A DNA stretch of 64,000 nt, from NCBI RefSeq assembly GCF_001194135.2, contig NC_068985.1:6574736-6638735 (forward strand), read 5' to 3'. The notes under the pieces are model-generated. The model was not told the origin of the DNA, made no database searches, and saw only the letters and a list, made by a program, of their open reading frames with translations. Origin of the DNA: Octopus bimaculoides. Its lineage: Eukaryota. Shown here in pieces: positions 37,746 to 51,181 of the stretch (within the stretch, counting starts at the first letter, position 1; each line of letters opens with the position of its first letter). A program made the position numbers and the translations under genes.

Positions 37746-38964
37746 ATTTCCTCCAAAGTACTGTTGCTGAATATCTCACGTTGTGAGATTTAAAAATAGT
37801 AATTTTCTAGTCTCAATATTTTTCATGAATCAACTTCGGGAATGGTTCTCAACAACTTTTTTGTCAGCAAAAATCATCTTCAACATGTTCATTTATACTT
37901 GGAATCGATTAGAACGAACACTGATCGTTGACGCTTCTACTGTGTATTTCTGGGTGGATACCAGGACACTTTACTCTTCTTGCATTCCATACTCAGTGGC
38001 CCGAAATTGAATTTCCTCTTCAATATGCCATCTGAAATTAAAAACATCCTGAAATTAATAACGAAATAAGTAGATAGAAACTCTTTTTTTTCTATTGAAA
38101 CATTAGAAAAAAAAAAAGCAATTCCGGTTGTCGTAACCTAATTACCTCCAAGCAGTTTAATTAAAAAGATATCAATGGTAAATTCTCTCTAAATATATCT
38201 GTATTTACGGAAGTCTTTGTGAAAGCTGTGAATACTAACCGATACATTATTGCCAATTATGTGAAGACAGACAATGGAATAAATCATTCGATGACGATAA
38301 AAATATCATAGACATTTCCAACTATTTCATTATTTCCTATAACCATATAACCTAATTCCAATTAATCCACAGCCGACTTAACTAATTTAAAACTTTCCAA
38401 TGATATCTAGATTTCTCCTCTTACATATTATGGATTTAAATGGCTACAAATTTCTTTATCTTAATTGAATTCTATAACCTATAAATTCACTCAATGCTTT
38501 TACTCTCAAATACTTTATCGATAAAAATTTACGCATTCAAAATTATATGGGTACCAATGCATTTAGATGTCCTTAATTAATTGGTTAATTGCTATGCACG
38601 AAAATCTCGGACCTTGACACATTTTTGCAAATTTCATCTGATTAAAATACATTAGACTTAATTAGGTATTTGTTACTTCTACCTCCGATTTCTTGAAACT
38701 TTCAGATTCCTCAAATTCAAATTAAAATGTATAATTTGTTTACTGATATTTAGTGAAGAAACCATTTGAAATGTGACATATTTTCACGAGGTAGATTAGT
38801 GGCAGTTTGCTCCTAATTAAATATAATGCTACGTTAAGAATTTAAATGTAGTCTCACTTTTGAAAGTTTTGGTACAGCTTTCGAAAATGCACCAACTCAC
38901 CCATTCTGCTTTAATTATTGCTCTTTTGTCTCTCTTCTTTTCACTTACTCCCTGGGTTTCGAAA

Positions 38965-39018
<54 letters not shown>

Positions 39019-39153
39019 NNNNNNNNNNNNNNNNNNNNNNNNNNNNNNNNNNNNNNNNNNNNNNNNNNNNNNNNNNNNNNNNNNNNNNNNNNNNNNNNNN
39101 NNNNNNNNNNNNNNNNNNNNNNNNNNNNNNNNNNNNNNNNNNNNNNNNNNNNN

Positions 39154-39286
39154 CAACTTTGCCTTTCATCCTTTCGGGGTCGATCAAATAAGTACCAGTT
39201 ACGCACTGGGGTCGGTATAATCGACTTAATCCGTTTGTCTGTCCTTGTTTGTCCCCTCTGTGTGTAGTCCCTTGTGGGTAGTAAAG

Positions 39287-39291
<5 letters not shown>
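39154..39291 (+). mobile_element. SINE family A 3' half, tail B
   Basis: ACTTTGCCTTTCATCCTTTCGGGGTCGATC...CCCTTGTGGGTAGTAAAGAAATAA. Confidence 0.85.
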
Positions 39292-39343
<52 letters not shown>

Positions 39344-40004
39344 GAAGTGTACTTTGAGTTAGTAACGAAACTAACAAACATAGAACGAAACATTAACAAG
39401 ACTATTATATCGTCGTTCAAACTCCAAGGAACAGTTGATAAAGTACATTTAGAAATCCTTGTAACTATATCTTTGGAGATAAATCAAAACATCGAAATGC
39501 ACATAAGTAAATGATTAACACAAGAAAATTTAGAACATATAGCGTGAAAAACAGGTCTGTTTATTTTCTTACTGGTATGCAAAAATCACAGAGTTTTCTA
39601 TGGAAACATTCTATATCCTACCACTTCCTAAGGAATATAAAGACAATATCATTCCGATCTTATCTTATCTTGAAAATTTCCACTCAATACAAATTTATTT
39701 TCAGACATTGGCCTTCATATGGCCATACTTAGTAAAATTCCCTTTCAACCTGGAATGTATTTATCAAATTTTCTCACACTGATCACCTTCTCCAAATAAT
39801 CCCTAGAATAGAATTTGTTTTATCTTTTTCTCTGCACTTCCCTCGATAACCTATACTTAAATGGTGCTTGCTATAGAATCAAAATTATGTCGTCATAATA
39901 TCTAATAATGAATCTTCACCAGGTGACCAAGTTGTTTCCTCCTTAGCAGTATTGTTGACTATGTAATCTATTAAATTCGTATCATATTGCCCATATACTA
40001 TGTT

Positions 40005-40175
40005 GGCAAGTTGGCAGGGTCATTACGGTGTCGGGGAAACTACTTAACATCAAAACCGCCGGGTTCAGCTTTGCCTTTCATACATTCGGTGTTGATAAAA
40101 TAAATTAGCATTTGAACAGTTCTTCGAGTTTTCAATCCCACGAAATTGTAGGCCATGTGTCAAAATTTGAAAGCA
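40005..40175 (+). mobile_element. Degenerate SINE family A, tail C
   Basis: CTTTGCCTTTCATACATTCGG core and GGCCATGTGTCAAAATTTGAAA tail. Confidence 0.6.
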
Positions 40176-41611
40176 GTATAGTGACCATATATTTAAAATT
40201 TCCATATGACTTCTACTTAATATTCATTTACACTTGTTCACAACTCTATTGGAAGCGAGAGAGAGGAATATATGTTTTTCTATACACGTAAGTTGACGTT
40301 GATTCTTTTATACATACTAATCACTCGAAAAAGATTATGTAAAACAGAGAAAAGCACATTTATTCTTGTCAATAAAATCCTAATTTTCTTCTAAACATAG
40401 ACCATCCGAGATTCCCAGATTCCAGCATAATATCTTTCACCGGTACACTTTATTTTGGACTCACTCTATTCTATTCTTTTATATTTCGAACATACACAGT
40501 TTATGTTTCAATGCTATCCGAAAGAGAATTACATTGTATTATTTCTCCTAATATTTCTTTTAATTATGGCTTTGATGTGTAGTTTATAGTTCTGTTCTTT
40601 CAATTTCATTATAGTTTCTCGTCTATATTATTGTTTGTTTCTGTATTGCAATGGATTTTGGATTTTGCATTGTTCCCGTTTATTTTCAATTTCCTTTATA
40701 TGCTATTCCTTTCTGTAAAATGTGCATTATTGTCTTTGGACAAATTTCATTCTCTCTCAATGTTAATGGAAGCGGCATTTTCTTTATTCTGCTCATAGAA
40801 AAACAATTCGACCTTATCATTCAACAACCGATGTTTCATATACTGCACCTCAAATGAAAATATGCCATTGAAAGAGAAAGGCTAGCTAATTAGCTTGATA
40901 ATAAAAATACAGTGAAATATTATATGGGATATATAATGGCCAACTGTTTTCATATAGTGCGATCATTTGTTTAGTTCCTATTCTTTTATGAATTACATGA
41001 AAACGAAATGTAATGTTTCATAGATTATTATGTGCATATGAAACTTTATATATATATATATGTATGTATATATATATATATATATATNNNNNNNNNNNNN
41101 NNNNNNNNNNNNNNNNNNNNNNNNNNNNNNNNNNNNNNNNNNNNNNNNNNNNNNNNNNNNNNNNNNNNNNNNNNNNNNNNNNNNNNNNNNNNNNNNNNNN
41201 NNNNNNNNNNNNNNNNNNNNNNNNNNNNNNNNNNNNNNNNNNNNNNNNNNNNNNNNNNNNNNNNNNNNNNNNNNNNNNNNNNNNNNNNNNNNNNNNNNNN
41301 NNNNNNNNNNNNNNNNNNNNNNNNNNNNNNNNNNNNNNNNNNNNNNNNNNNNNNNNNNNNNNNNNNNNNNNNNNNNNNNNNNNNNNNNNNNNNNNNNNNN
41401 NNNNNNNNNNNNNNNNNNNNNNNNNNNNNNNNNNNNNNNNNNNNNNNNNNNNNNNNNNNNNNNNNNNNNNNNNNNNNNNNNNNNNNNNNNNNNNNNNNNN
41501 NNNNTATATATATGTGTGTGTATGTATGTATGTATGTATATATGTACATACATATATATACACATATGTATATATATATGTGTATACATACATTAAAAAG
41601 TGTGTTTGTGG

Positions 41612-41755
41612 GTGTATTTGGTGTCTGTGGCGTGATAACCGCTGTCGGAATGTTTATGTCGTTGTGAGTGAGTGGTTCGGCAAGAGAGACCAATAGAATA
41701 AGCGCCAGACTCGAAAGGAAAATAATAAATGTTGTCGATTAATTTGACTAAAACT
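41612..41755 (+). mobile_element. SINE family B 3' module, degraded
   Basis: GTGGTTCGGCAAGAGAGACCAATAGAATAAG after TG/TA repeat. Confidence 0.65.
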
Positions 41756-42018
41756 TTCTAATGAATAAAACAAATAAACAACAAAAGATAAAATGTACAT
41801 AAGTTAGCAAGTACGAAAGACATGGATATCGTTGAAGAGTAAATAAGGTGCAGTATCTCAAGAATATCGTGTCAGCATACAGTTCTCTGACGCGAAACAT
41901 AAGACTAAAGTTTTTCTTTATACTTTGGAAGATATTCCTGTCAATCACTACCTGAAGGTCCATACGGGTCATTATTACTGTTGCAGGTGAACGACATCAG
42001 CTTCAGATGTCGCATTAC

Positions 42019-42147
42019 ATCAAATACGATGAGAAATACGAAATGATTTGCAGCGGAATACAATACCACATTAATATTGCGTGTGTGAAGATAAAGTACA
42101 AATGCACAAATGTTAAGAGTACCACGTTTTTTAAAGCCGACAACCAC
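42019..42147 (-). CDS. Candidate 129-nt coding exon of an unidentified host gene (hydrophobic segment)
   Basis: Acceptor AATTTACACAG|G, donor AT|GTAATG; frame-preserving; no recognised homology. Confidence 0.2.
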
Positions 42148-44211
42148 CTGTGTAAATTTTTAATGATTTGAAATGTAAAGCTCGGCAGTAAATCTAGCAA
42201 TTTCACTGTTTGAAAATAATTTAGGTATAAATATTGCTGCCATTAATATGTCTCTATATTGTTTTCATTTAATAAAATTCCATGATACGAACTGCTCAAT
42301 GGTTCTCTAGTTTCTTTCTATTAGGACCAACTTCTTAAAAGATGTTTCTTACTCGTGAGTTTATCATGCTGACGCACAACATTTTCCTGTACGCTTTAAA
42401 CATTTCCACTCACTTCCGTCCGTTCATTTCATGTTTACACTTGCGACATAGATTCCCAGATAAAATATTCATCACCACAGGAAATGTGATTGATTCAATA
42501 TTATATTAAATAATTCTACGATATTTTAATGTCTTTAATATCTATCCTTCTGTCATTACACATTTTGTTTTTACTATTGCCATATCGAACAATAAATGAA
42601 TGGGAGAAAAATTTTTTTTTTAATAAGTGGCCCAAATCTTCTTCGCATCGCATTGCTGGTTAAATAACTTTGCACTATCCCCGAAATAGACGGAGGACAT
42701 GTAAGGGAGGCCGTGTTTTATATGGTTACGACTACTGCCTTAGGTCTTCCTTCTGCTGCAGAAAGAAGAGGTTAATTATTTTAATCAATAATGAGTAAAA
42801 ATGTTTACGATCCAATTATAACATTTTAAAACACGTTTCGAACAGTTAATATCTGAATTATAATAAGTTTCTTCATAATATCTTTAAAATGTGTTTTGAG
42901 AAGTGAACAGTGTTAAATGTAAATGGGTGGCACGAAACCAATTATTATTTAAATCGTTTGTTTGACCCCCTAAATTTTGGTGAAAACACTGACATTTTAT
43001 TCAAATTTACTGCGTCCTACCAGAGCAGTTCATTTCTTTTCGAATTGTTTACGGTTTCTTTAAGCATGCCCTATGTTTTCCCTCGGTTAAGATGTACATC
43101 TTGGTTTGGTTCTTAATTAGATATTAAAATATGAACTCCAGAACAATAACTAAATGTATTATGTCATTGGATTATATTATGATGCTTTAAATTTATTACT
43201 TTTTAAATTTTTGCTGCATTTTGAGAGCGTACTAAACATTTCGGTCCGCAGATAATTCTTTCGATCTACATCATTTGGAAAGCAAATTGATTTGTTGTTT
43301 TAGAGCATGATCTTTTGTTGTTTCAATCGTAATTTTTCCTTCTATTCATTTTATAGATTTACAATTATATTTTAATTACATATACATGATAGACTCATAA
43401 ATGTTTTGAGAATTCTTATAAATTATAAACTTTCTAAAGAGATTATTGAAAATTATTTAATGTAAAATGAGAATATTAAATCATATTAAATTTGTAATGG
43501 AATTTCATTGTAATCATTCTGATATATAAATTGATATTACGCGATGCCGTTCGGAATTTACAGTATATTGTATCCTTCTTGTGAAGAAAAAAAGGAAATG
43601 GCAAAATATACTGATTTTAATCATATACTGATTATTTTGTTACTTGTGTTATCGAACTGACGTAACATTCAAAATCATATAATTAATTTGGTTGTCGGTT
43701 TAAAATATTTCTCAGTATCTGAGTAATAGGCTAATGTATGAAACTCTGCATACTTACAGAGCATGCGAAAAGGAACATACAAAGCCCCTTAGCATCACAT
43801 CCTACCACTTATAAATCTAATAATTACACAGTGGGTAAAATGCGTTTCATCAAATCGTGACCAATTACGGTTTCACTTGAAACTGAACAACAACCACAAT
43901 CTTATATATTTCTCGCAACGTCACACTGACACACATTCCTGTGGGTAATTGTATGTAACAGAGAAAATACGGATATATCACTTACTGTGTGCCACGTCTC
44001 TGGACGACATATGAAACAGGTATACATGCTAACATATTAGATTAGTATGGTTTGTATTAACCGTTGTCTGACATATATAACTGATCTTATTTTTTCAGGC
44101 AAGAACAATTTAAGTTATAATGGTTTTCCCTTTTGACTTTTGAGTTGCGTAGCTTTAAGTCTAAAAGATATCAAAACCAATTAAATATTAACTTACAGAT
44201 TAGTACAGAAT

Positions 44212-44403
44212 TTATGCCGGCATGGCTGAGTGGTAAGAACCTTGCTTGCCAACCACATGGTTCCATGTTCAGTCCCACTGCTTGGTACCTCGAGCAAGCG
44301 TCTTTACTATATCTTCGGGCCAACCAAAGCCTTGTGAGTGAATTTGGTTTATGGAAACTGAAAAAGCCCGTCGAATATATATGTATATATATATATATAT
44401 ATA

Positions 44404-44438
<35 letters not shown>

Positions 44439-44575
44439 TTATGTATTTCTGTGGGGGTGTGATGTTTCTGTCGCTTGACAACTGATGTTGATGTGTTTAC
44501 GTCCCCGTAATTTAGCGGTTCGGCAAAAATGGCCGCTAGAATAGGTACTAGTTGATTCATTCGACTAAAAACCCT
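44212..44575 (+). mobile_element. SINE family B with internal (TA)n(TG)n
   Basis: GGCTGAGTGGTAAGAACCTTGCTTGCCAACCACATGG head; 3' module TTTACGTCCCCGTAATTTAGCGGTTCGGC. Confidence 0.85.
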
Positions 44576-45605
44576 TCAGTAAAAGAATAAACGAATATTT
44601 TTGTAGGCATGTATGTATTATGTATGTATGTATGTATGCACGTATGTATGTATGTATATGTATGTGTGCATGCATGTGTGCGTATGTGTGTGTTTGTCTC
44701 TCGATCGTCACTTGGCGACCATTTTTGGTTTGCTTACTTTACAGTATATAAGTACTACGTTGAATTTATTCAACGAAACCACTTAGGCTATGTCCCAAAA
44801 TAGTCGCACACCAATAGCTGAAGCATTGTAAAAAATAAACGCTATTACATAGTCGCTGTATTTATTCAAAAGTCTAAGATAGGAGGTCGATATTCACTTT
44901 AAGCTGAAATGGAACAAAGAAAATATTGAGAGGAATGTTGCTCCATAATTCCAAGGGAAAGCGATGAGAGAAACGTTAGCAAAATTCAATGATAACATAT
45001 AAAATAAATATAAAGTTATGAAAATAGAAAATAAATAAATAAAAATAATCAAATACTTAAGGACACTCGGACGAGAATGGAAAAATCAGTTTGTAAATAA
45101 ATAACTCTGAAGATGCTTTGAATTGTTTGAGATTTTATTTAACGTGGAAGATATATATACAAAATAAATACCTAAGTTATTCTATTATCGTATCAACATG
45201 AAATCTTAGCATGTTGTAAATGATAGACGCTAAATATTCTGTACAATGCATGTAATATATGTACAATAACGCAATAATTAATCAATTAATACCCAGTGTA
45301 ATTTGTGGTTAATTTTCTACAGCATAGAATAAATATAAGAATTAGTGGGCATTTAAAATTCATAAAGTTTACGATTGCTGAATACAATACCTATCCTGTA
45401 TAAATTATGATGAACTGAAAGCTGAAAATTCGTATCTACTAAACTTATTGCTGGTTGGGCAAAAATTTTACCGAAGAAGGGTACGCAAATTTACAGTTTA
45501 ATGTCTTATATAAAGAACTGGCATTTATCTTTTTAATCCTTGACGGACATATGGATATTAAAATATTGTATTGAAAGGATTTTGTAGATGTAAGATATCA
45601 AAAAT

Positions 45606-46040
45606 ATTCTTTTCCACTCTAGGAACAAGGCTCAAAATTTTTGGGGAGGCGCTCAGTCGATTAGATCGACCCAGTACGAAACTGGTACTTAGTTTATCGA
45701 CCCCGAACAGATGAAAGGCAAAGGCTTCCTTGGGGAAATTTAAACTCAGAACGAAAAGACATGAAATATCGGTAAGCATTTCGCCCGGCGTGCTAACATT
45801 TCTGCCAGCTCACCGCCTTAGAAGATATCGCTTCTACTCTTGGCAAAAAGCCCGAAATTTTGGGGCAGAGGGCCAGTTGATTAGATCGATCTGAGTACGC
45901 AACTGGTATTTAATTTATCGACCCCGAACGTATGAAATGCTAAGGCGACCTTGGCAGAATTTGAACTCAGAACGTAGACAGACGAAATACCGCTTACTAT
46001 TTCACCCAGCGTGCCAATGTTTCTGCCAGCTTACTGGCTT
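45606..46040 (-). mobile_element. Two SINE family A copies head-to-tail (45606-45820, 45833-46040), tail A
   Basis: Two reverse heads and cores; AGAAGATAT flanks the second copy on both sides (about 45820 and 46040). Confidence 0.85.
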
Positions 46041-46766
46041 AGAAGATATTACAAATATTAAGGAAATGCCAGGGTTTCATGAAATACTTTGACATTACAC
46101 AAGACTGGAACATTTTGGACAGTTGAAATGAGGACACTCTTAAACAGCATTAAAAAAATATTTAGTACAACATTTATAGAAATAAAATTATAGGGACACC
46201 TGTCTTTTTCTTTCCAGCATTTAAAAATGATATATTATCATAAGGCTGACACCGGAAATGACTAATGATGAAAAAATATTTTTGTATATGTAGAAAATAT
46301 TACGAATATACACATAAAACTGGTGATGCCTTGTCTCATATCCTCCTTCAATATTTTGTAAAGTTTCAGGGAGAGAAATAAGACAAGGAGAAAAAGAAGA
46401 ATTAGAATTTGGATGCAAGATAGAATATATAACAGTAGATGAGAAATAGGTCTTTATGAAACAACGACGCCATTTATCAAGAAAAGTGAACAAGGTGAAA
46501 TGGGCATCTGTTCAGTTTACAGCAAGGATACGGTCCGGAGTATATTATAGACTGTATCTTTAATATAATGTGTGCTTCTGGAGTAGCCCAAGGGCTCGTA
46601 ACATACACAGTAGCGTTCAAATATTTATATACTTAATCTGAATATCATTCTGTTTGTACTCCTATTCGTTCATTGTTGCTGTGTATGCATTTTAATTTTG
46701 ACCCCACACGGGGCCCTATGATTTAAGTGCCTGATACGCCTGCATCTTAATATATATATATACATA

Positions 46767-47642
46767 CATGGTGAGAAGGATAAATTGTCGACATTGTGTC
46801 CTTTTAAATTCGGGCATGTGCATTATTTTTTGATTTTCTCGACTACACAATATAGTAGGGTCAGCTGGGCACCGTCCCTGAGAACAAAATAGCCACCATG
46901 ACGCAATTCACTCTGCCAGAAATTTGGAAACGACATGCTGTACTGCTTGGCATTCACGTCGGAAGCGCCAATGCGAACGTTTTAGAGTTTTGGGGTGTGA
47001 AGCTGAGGACAGCGCAATCTGAGGACATGTCCATAGATTAATAAGAATCAAACATCCAGTCAACATTATAGTGCTTGGTGTGATCACTAATGATGGCGAC
47101 TTTATGCCTCCATACGTCATCAGACTTAACATGGATGCCTGCATCAAGTGCCCGGCGGAGGCAGTGCTGCCTTGGCTCAAGAGGACGGCTGCTGGAAGAC
47201 CCTATGTCTAGCAACAGGACTCTGCACCATGCCACACAAGCAGGAGAACCCAGTTATGGCTGTCAGACAATTTCTGCGACCACATCACAACTGACATTAG
47301 GTCATCTAACTCCCCAAATTGCAACCAACTTGATCATTATGTGTTAGGCGCAGTTGAGCGATAAACCAACAAAACTCCTTGTAACATCCAAGATGAACTA
47401 ATTGATGGCAAGGATTATAGCAGCATTCATCAACGTAAACAGAGAGGCTGTTCAGAAGAGTTGCGGGAGATTCCGAAGTGGTTTGGAGGACGTCGTTGAA
47501 GCCAATGACGATTTTATTGAATAAATTTACTCTTTGAATTTCGAGATATCTTTATGTAATTTTGGTAAATATGGCTTTTAAAATGCAATGTCAGTTTTAT
47601 TTTCATTTTAGGTAATTTAGACAATTTATTCACCACAGCCTG
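46767..47642 (+). mobile_element. Internally deleted DD37D (maT-type) Tc1/mariner transposon
   Basis: TIRs TACATGGTGAGAAGGATAAATTGTC and TACAGGCTGTGGTGAATAAATTGTC (19/25 identical, including TA); QQDSAPCHTSRRTQ...SPNCNQLD has 37 residues between the aspartates. Confidence 0.85.
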
Positions 47643-47644
47643 TA

Positions 47645-47849
47645 CCTACGTACATACATACTACATAGATGCATGCATACACACATACATTCATACATGC
47701 ATACATACATACATACATACATACATACATACATACATACATACATACATGCATACATGCATACATACATACATACTACNNNNNNNNNNCATACATACAT
47801 GCATACATGCATACATACATACATACTACATACATGCATACATATATAC

Positions 47850-47890
<41 letters not shown>
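47645..47890. repeat. (ACAT)n-(CA)n microsatellite
   Basis: Directly visible. Confidence 0.9.
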
Positions 47891-48169
47891 TAGATATATC
47901 CTTAATCCTAATGTTTTTGTTGTTCTAGATACTTAGGGAGAAGTGGCGCATCCATGAAATGGCGCATCTATTCTGTACCATCGCTCCAAGTGGAACTTCT
48001 AAGTGTTGCGGCTTCGATGAAGCCTCTTTATCCATATTCCAGAGATCGAAGGAACATATACTGCCCTATGAGCCACAAACAAAGAGTTAGCAGGTCGTCT
48101 GTACCAAGCAATAAAACTGATCAACCATTCACATTTCTTTGTGAACGAAATACAGATTTAATACAAATT

Positions 48170-48571
48170 TAATACACGGATGTTCAACATGGACATTAAC
48201 AAAGCGTTTTGAAAAGAAATTTAGCGGAATTTATACTAGCATGCTTCGAGCTTTTCTGGATATCTGTTGGCGGTAATACCCTACGAAAGAACGTCTCTAC
48301 GGTCAGTTACCACATATCATCAGATAAAGAAGAACAAGATTCGCTGGACATTGCTGGAGAGCAATGGATGAGATCAGTAGTGACTTTCTTCTTTGGTAAT
48401 CGAAGTATGTGAACGCATATGTTGGTAGATAACATCAAACCTACATAAAGCAACTGTGCGAAGACTCCGCGCGCACCCGAGAAGACCTAACACATGCAAT
48501 GGCAGACCGTACACCCTGGAGAGAACGAGTGATGGCAATCTTTGAGGAAGCAAGACCGAGTGATGATGATG
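48170..48571 (+). mobile_element. RTE-type LINE 3' end
   Basis: TWTLTKRFEKK, YTSMLRAFLDICWR, RFAGHCWR, TYIKQLCED, AMADRTPWRERV; short (GAT)n tail. Confidence 0.82.
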
Positions 48572-48595
48572 CAAAGTTTCTGCGTGTGAGAGAAT

Positions 48596-48676
<81 letters not shown>

Positions 48677-48749
48677 TTGCTATAATTTGGCAAAAATCTC
48701 TTTAGGTATTATTTTAACAGGGATATTCTCCCACAGAAATATCAATATC

Positions 48750-48970
48750 AAGGCGGCGAGTTGGCAGAAACGTTAGCACGCCGGGCGAAATGCTTAACGG
48801 TATTTCGTCTGCCGTTACGTTCTGAGTTCAAATTCCGCCGAAGTCGACTTTGCCTTTCATCCTGTCGGGGTGCATTAAATAAGTACCAGTTACGCACTGG
48901 GGTCGATATAATAGACTTAATCTGTCTGTCCTTGTATTTTCCCCTTGTGGGCAGTAAAGAAATAAGAAAT
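48750..48970 (+). mobile_element. Full-length SINE family A, tail B, with 14-bp TSD
   Basis: AGAAATATCAATAT at 48735-48748 and 48965-48978. Confidence 0.92.
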
Positions 48971-50624
48971 ATCAATATTTACCCGCAGACAAACTGAGAA
49001 ATAACCATACTTATTTTAATTCAATTCTTTCTTTTTTTCCATATTTTTCTTGTTTGCTTTTGTTTGGAATTATAGACCCAGGAATAATCTCTACATTCTA
49101 TATTTTGTTTTAGCGGGCATTTTGCACTTCCGTTTTATAGAATTGTGCAAACAGTATTGGATTAATGAAATTTCCTTATCAAATCCTTGCTCTTTCAGTT
49201 TTTGTCTGATGGCTGCCTGAGAAGGGATATACACATTCAAGAAAACTTCTATGAACGTAGATCATCAAAAATATATTTATTTTAATTAAGTTCACTACAA
49301 AATTATTCGTGATTATAAAAGTGAGCAGCATTAATGGAGACAAATAATTGATGCGTTTATAATTATCTAAAGAAAATAGATTGGATACCAAACAATACTG
49401 TTCATATTTTCATGAAAATTAGTAGCAGGTCTATATATATTTGTATGGTTGCGTGTGAGTGTGTGCATATGCGTGTGGCGCGCGCGTATTTTCTGGTGAG
49501 AGTGATATATCAATATATATTAATAAATATATATATGTATATATTTACAGGTATATACAGGTATGCATATATACGTGTGTGTGTTTGCTTGCTTGTGTGT
49601 GTATATGAATGCATGTATGTAACTATGCTTGCATATATGTGTGTATGTATGTATGCATGTATGTACACATGTATATGTGTATGTAAGTAAGTATGTACGT
49701 ATGTTTGTATGTATGTATGTATGTATTTATGTGTATGTATGTACTGGCAAACGGCAGTATGAAACCGTTAGTAGCACTGTTAATTCAGAAAGAACATGTG
49801 TCTGTGTGACATTTTGAAAGTGTTAGTGAAATGAGGAAATACGTCAAAAGGAAAAAGAAAATAACTTCTTATAAATTTCACGCTTTACATCTAACCTTTC
49901 GATGTTGCAAGGCGCCTGTGATTACAAATCATTTGTACAACCCGCTAGCAATGCGTTTGCCGGAAAGGCAATGCTGTACTGAAGGATAAACACACAAATA
50001 GCAAAGAAACGTCGATATTATTTCAAATAAGATATAAAAATGTTTTAGAATTGTTTAATAACAATTACAGCAATTATATTTTGTTTAAAATTCAATTAGA
50101 GTTATATATTGCATGTGACAGGTAACTGATTTACCGTATATATATACAGAACTTTATATACATTTAGAAATGGATTAAATTTGTAAATAGAGCTACACAT
50201 GTTCATCTTCTATGCATCTGTATGTTATGCGCGTATAAAATTTGGAAAGGGCTACTTGTTTCGAATTATTATACAGTCGAGGAGGTACGTGTTGCGATCA
50301 CAGTAAAAAACATTAGATTCAAACATACGCTGTTATATAAGAATAGACAATGTCTTTTAGGATATTATATTGACAGCATGATATTGTCGCATTCATATAG
50401 TGCCTTGCTGATTTTAATGTCAGTATTCGGTACACAATTCAAAAGAAGGAAGTATTTGCTGCTCGAGGTTTGCAATATATTTTCATATATACTTAACCAA
50501 AAAATTAAACAGCAAAACAATTCTCCAATAAAATCTATATGCTTCATGGAATAGTCATATGCATTGGAACTAGTGAGTACATAGATACGTATACAAACAC
50601 ACACGCTCACACACATACACACAC

Positions 50625-51180
50625 ATACGCCGATTCGGATGCCTCGGAGGTGTTCCGCGAACCGGTCAGCCAAGCGGCGTCCCGTTTGCCCGATGTATAG
50701 AGAAGGGCAGAGAGAGCAGGAGATGCAGTAGATGATATTGGTAGAAATGCAAGTCGGTGATGTGATAGGGTCGATGATGGGTGCCGGTGAGGAGGGTAGT
50801 TTTGGAGAGGTAAGGGCAAGTGCGGCAGTGTGAGCGGGAGCAGGGGATAGAGCCGAGCTCGGAGGTTGGGTTGGAGAAGAAGATGTGGACCAAGAGGTCT
50901 AGTAAATTGTGGGCTCGTTTGAAGGAGGGGAGTCGTTGGGTAGGGAAGATGTGCGAAGTGGAGGGGTCGGAGTGGAGTCACCGGAAAGCTCAGAGAATGG
51001 TGCATTGGAGAGGTAGAGTGGCGGGGTGATAGGTGAGGGGAAAAGGGAGGCGGGATACGGCGGGGCGGGTTCGGAGGGAGAGAGCAGATGCACGGTCCAC
51101 GGAACCTGCTCTGGCAAGGGCGGTGTGGATAGTGGTGAGGGGATATCCACGTAGGATGAAGTGGCCAGCCATGAGTTTAG
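50625..51180 (-). mobile_element. Penelope-like element fragment: RT C-terminus, cysteine-rich linker and GIY-YIG endonuclease
   Basis: Minus: HFILRGYP..RLPFPLTYHP; PCSRSHCRTCPYL; TCISTNIIYCISCSLCPSLYIGQTGRRLADRFAEH; frameshifted and truncated at a (TG)n. Confidence 0.88.
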
Positions 51181-51181
51181 A

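Noticed and set aside
40400-40860. Possible L1/Tx1-like remnant
   Set aside because: Only vague motif echoes with many stops; cannot be supported without a search.
46330-46520. Purine-rich exon or Harbinger-like fragment (REIRQGEKEELEFGC / RRKRRIRIWMQ)
   Set aside because: Short and compatible with two unrelated readings, neither diagnostic.
48750-48840. tRNA genes
   Set aside because: The A/B-box-like heads belong to multi-copy SINEs with non-tRNA bodies and TSDs; no complete cloverleaf is seen.
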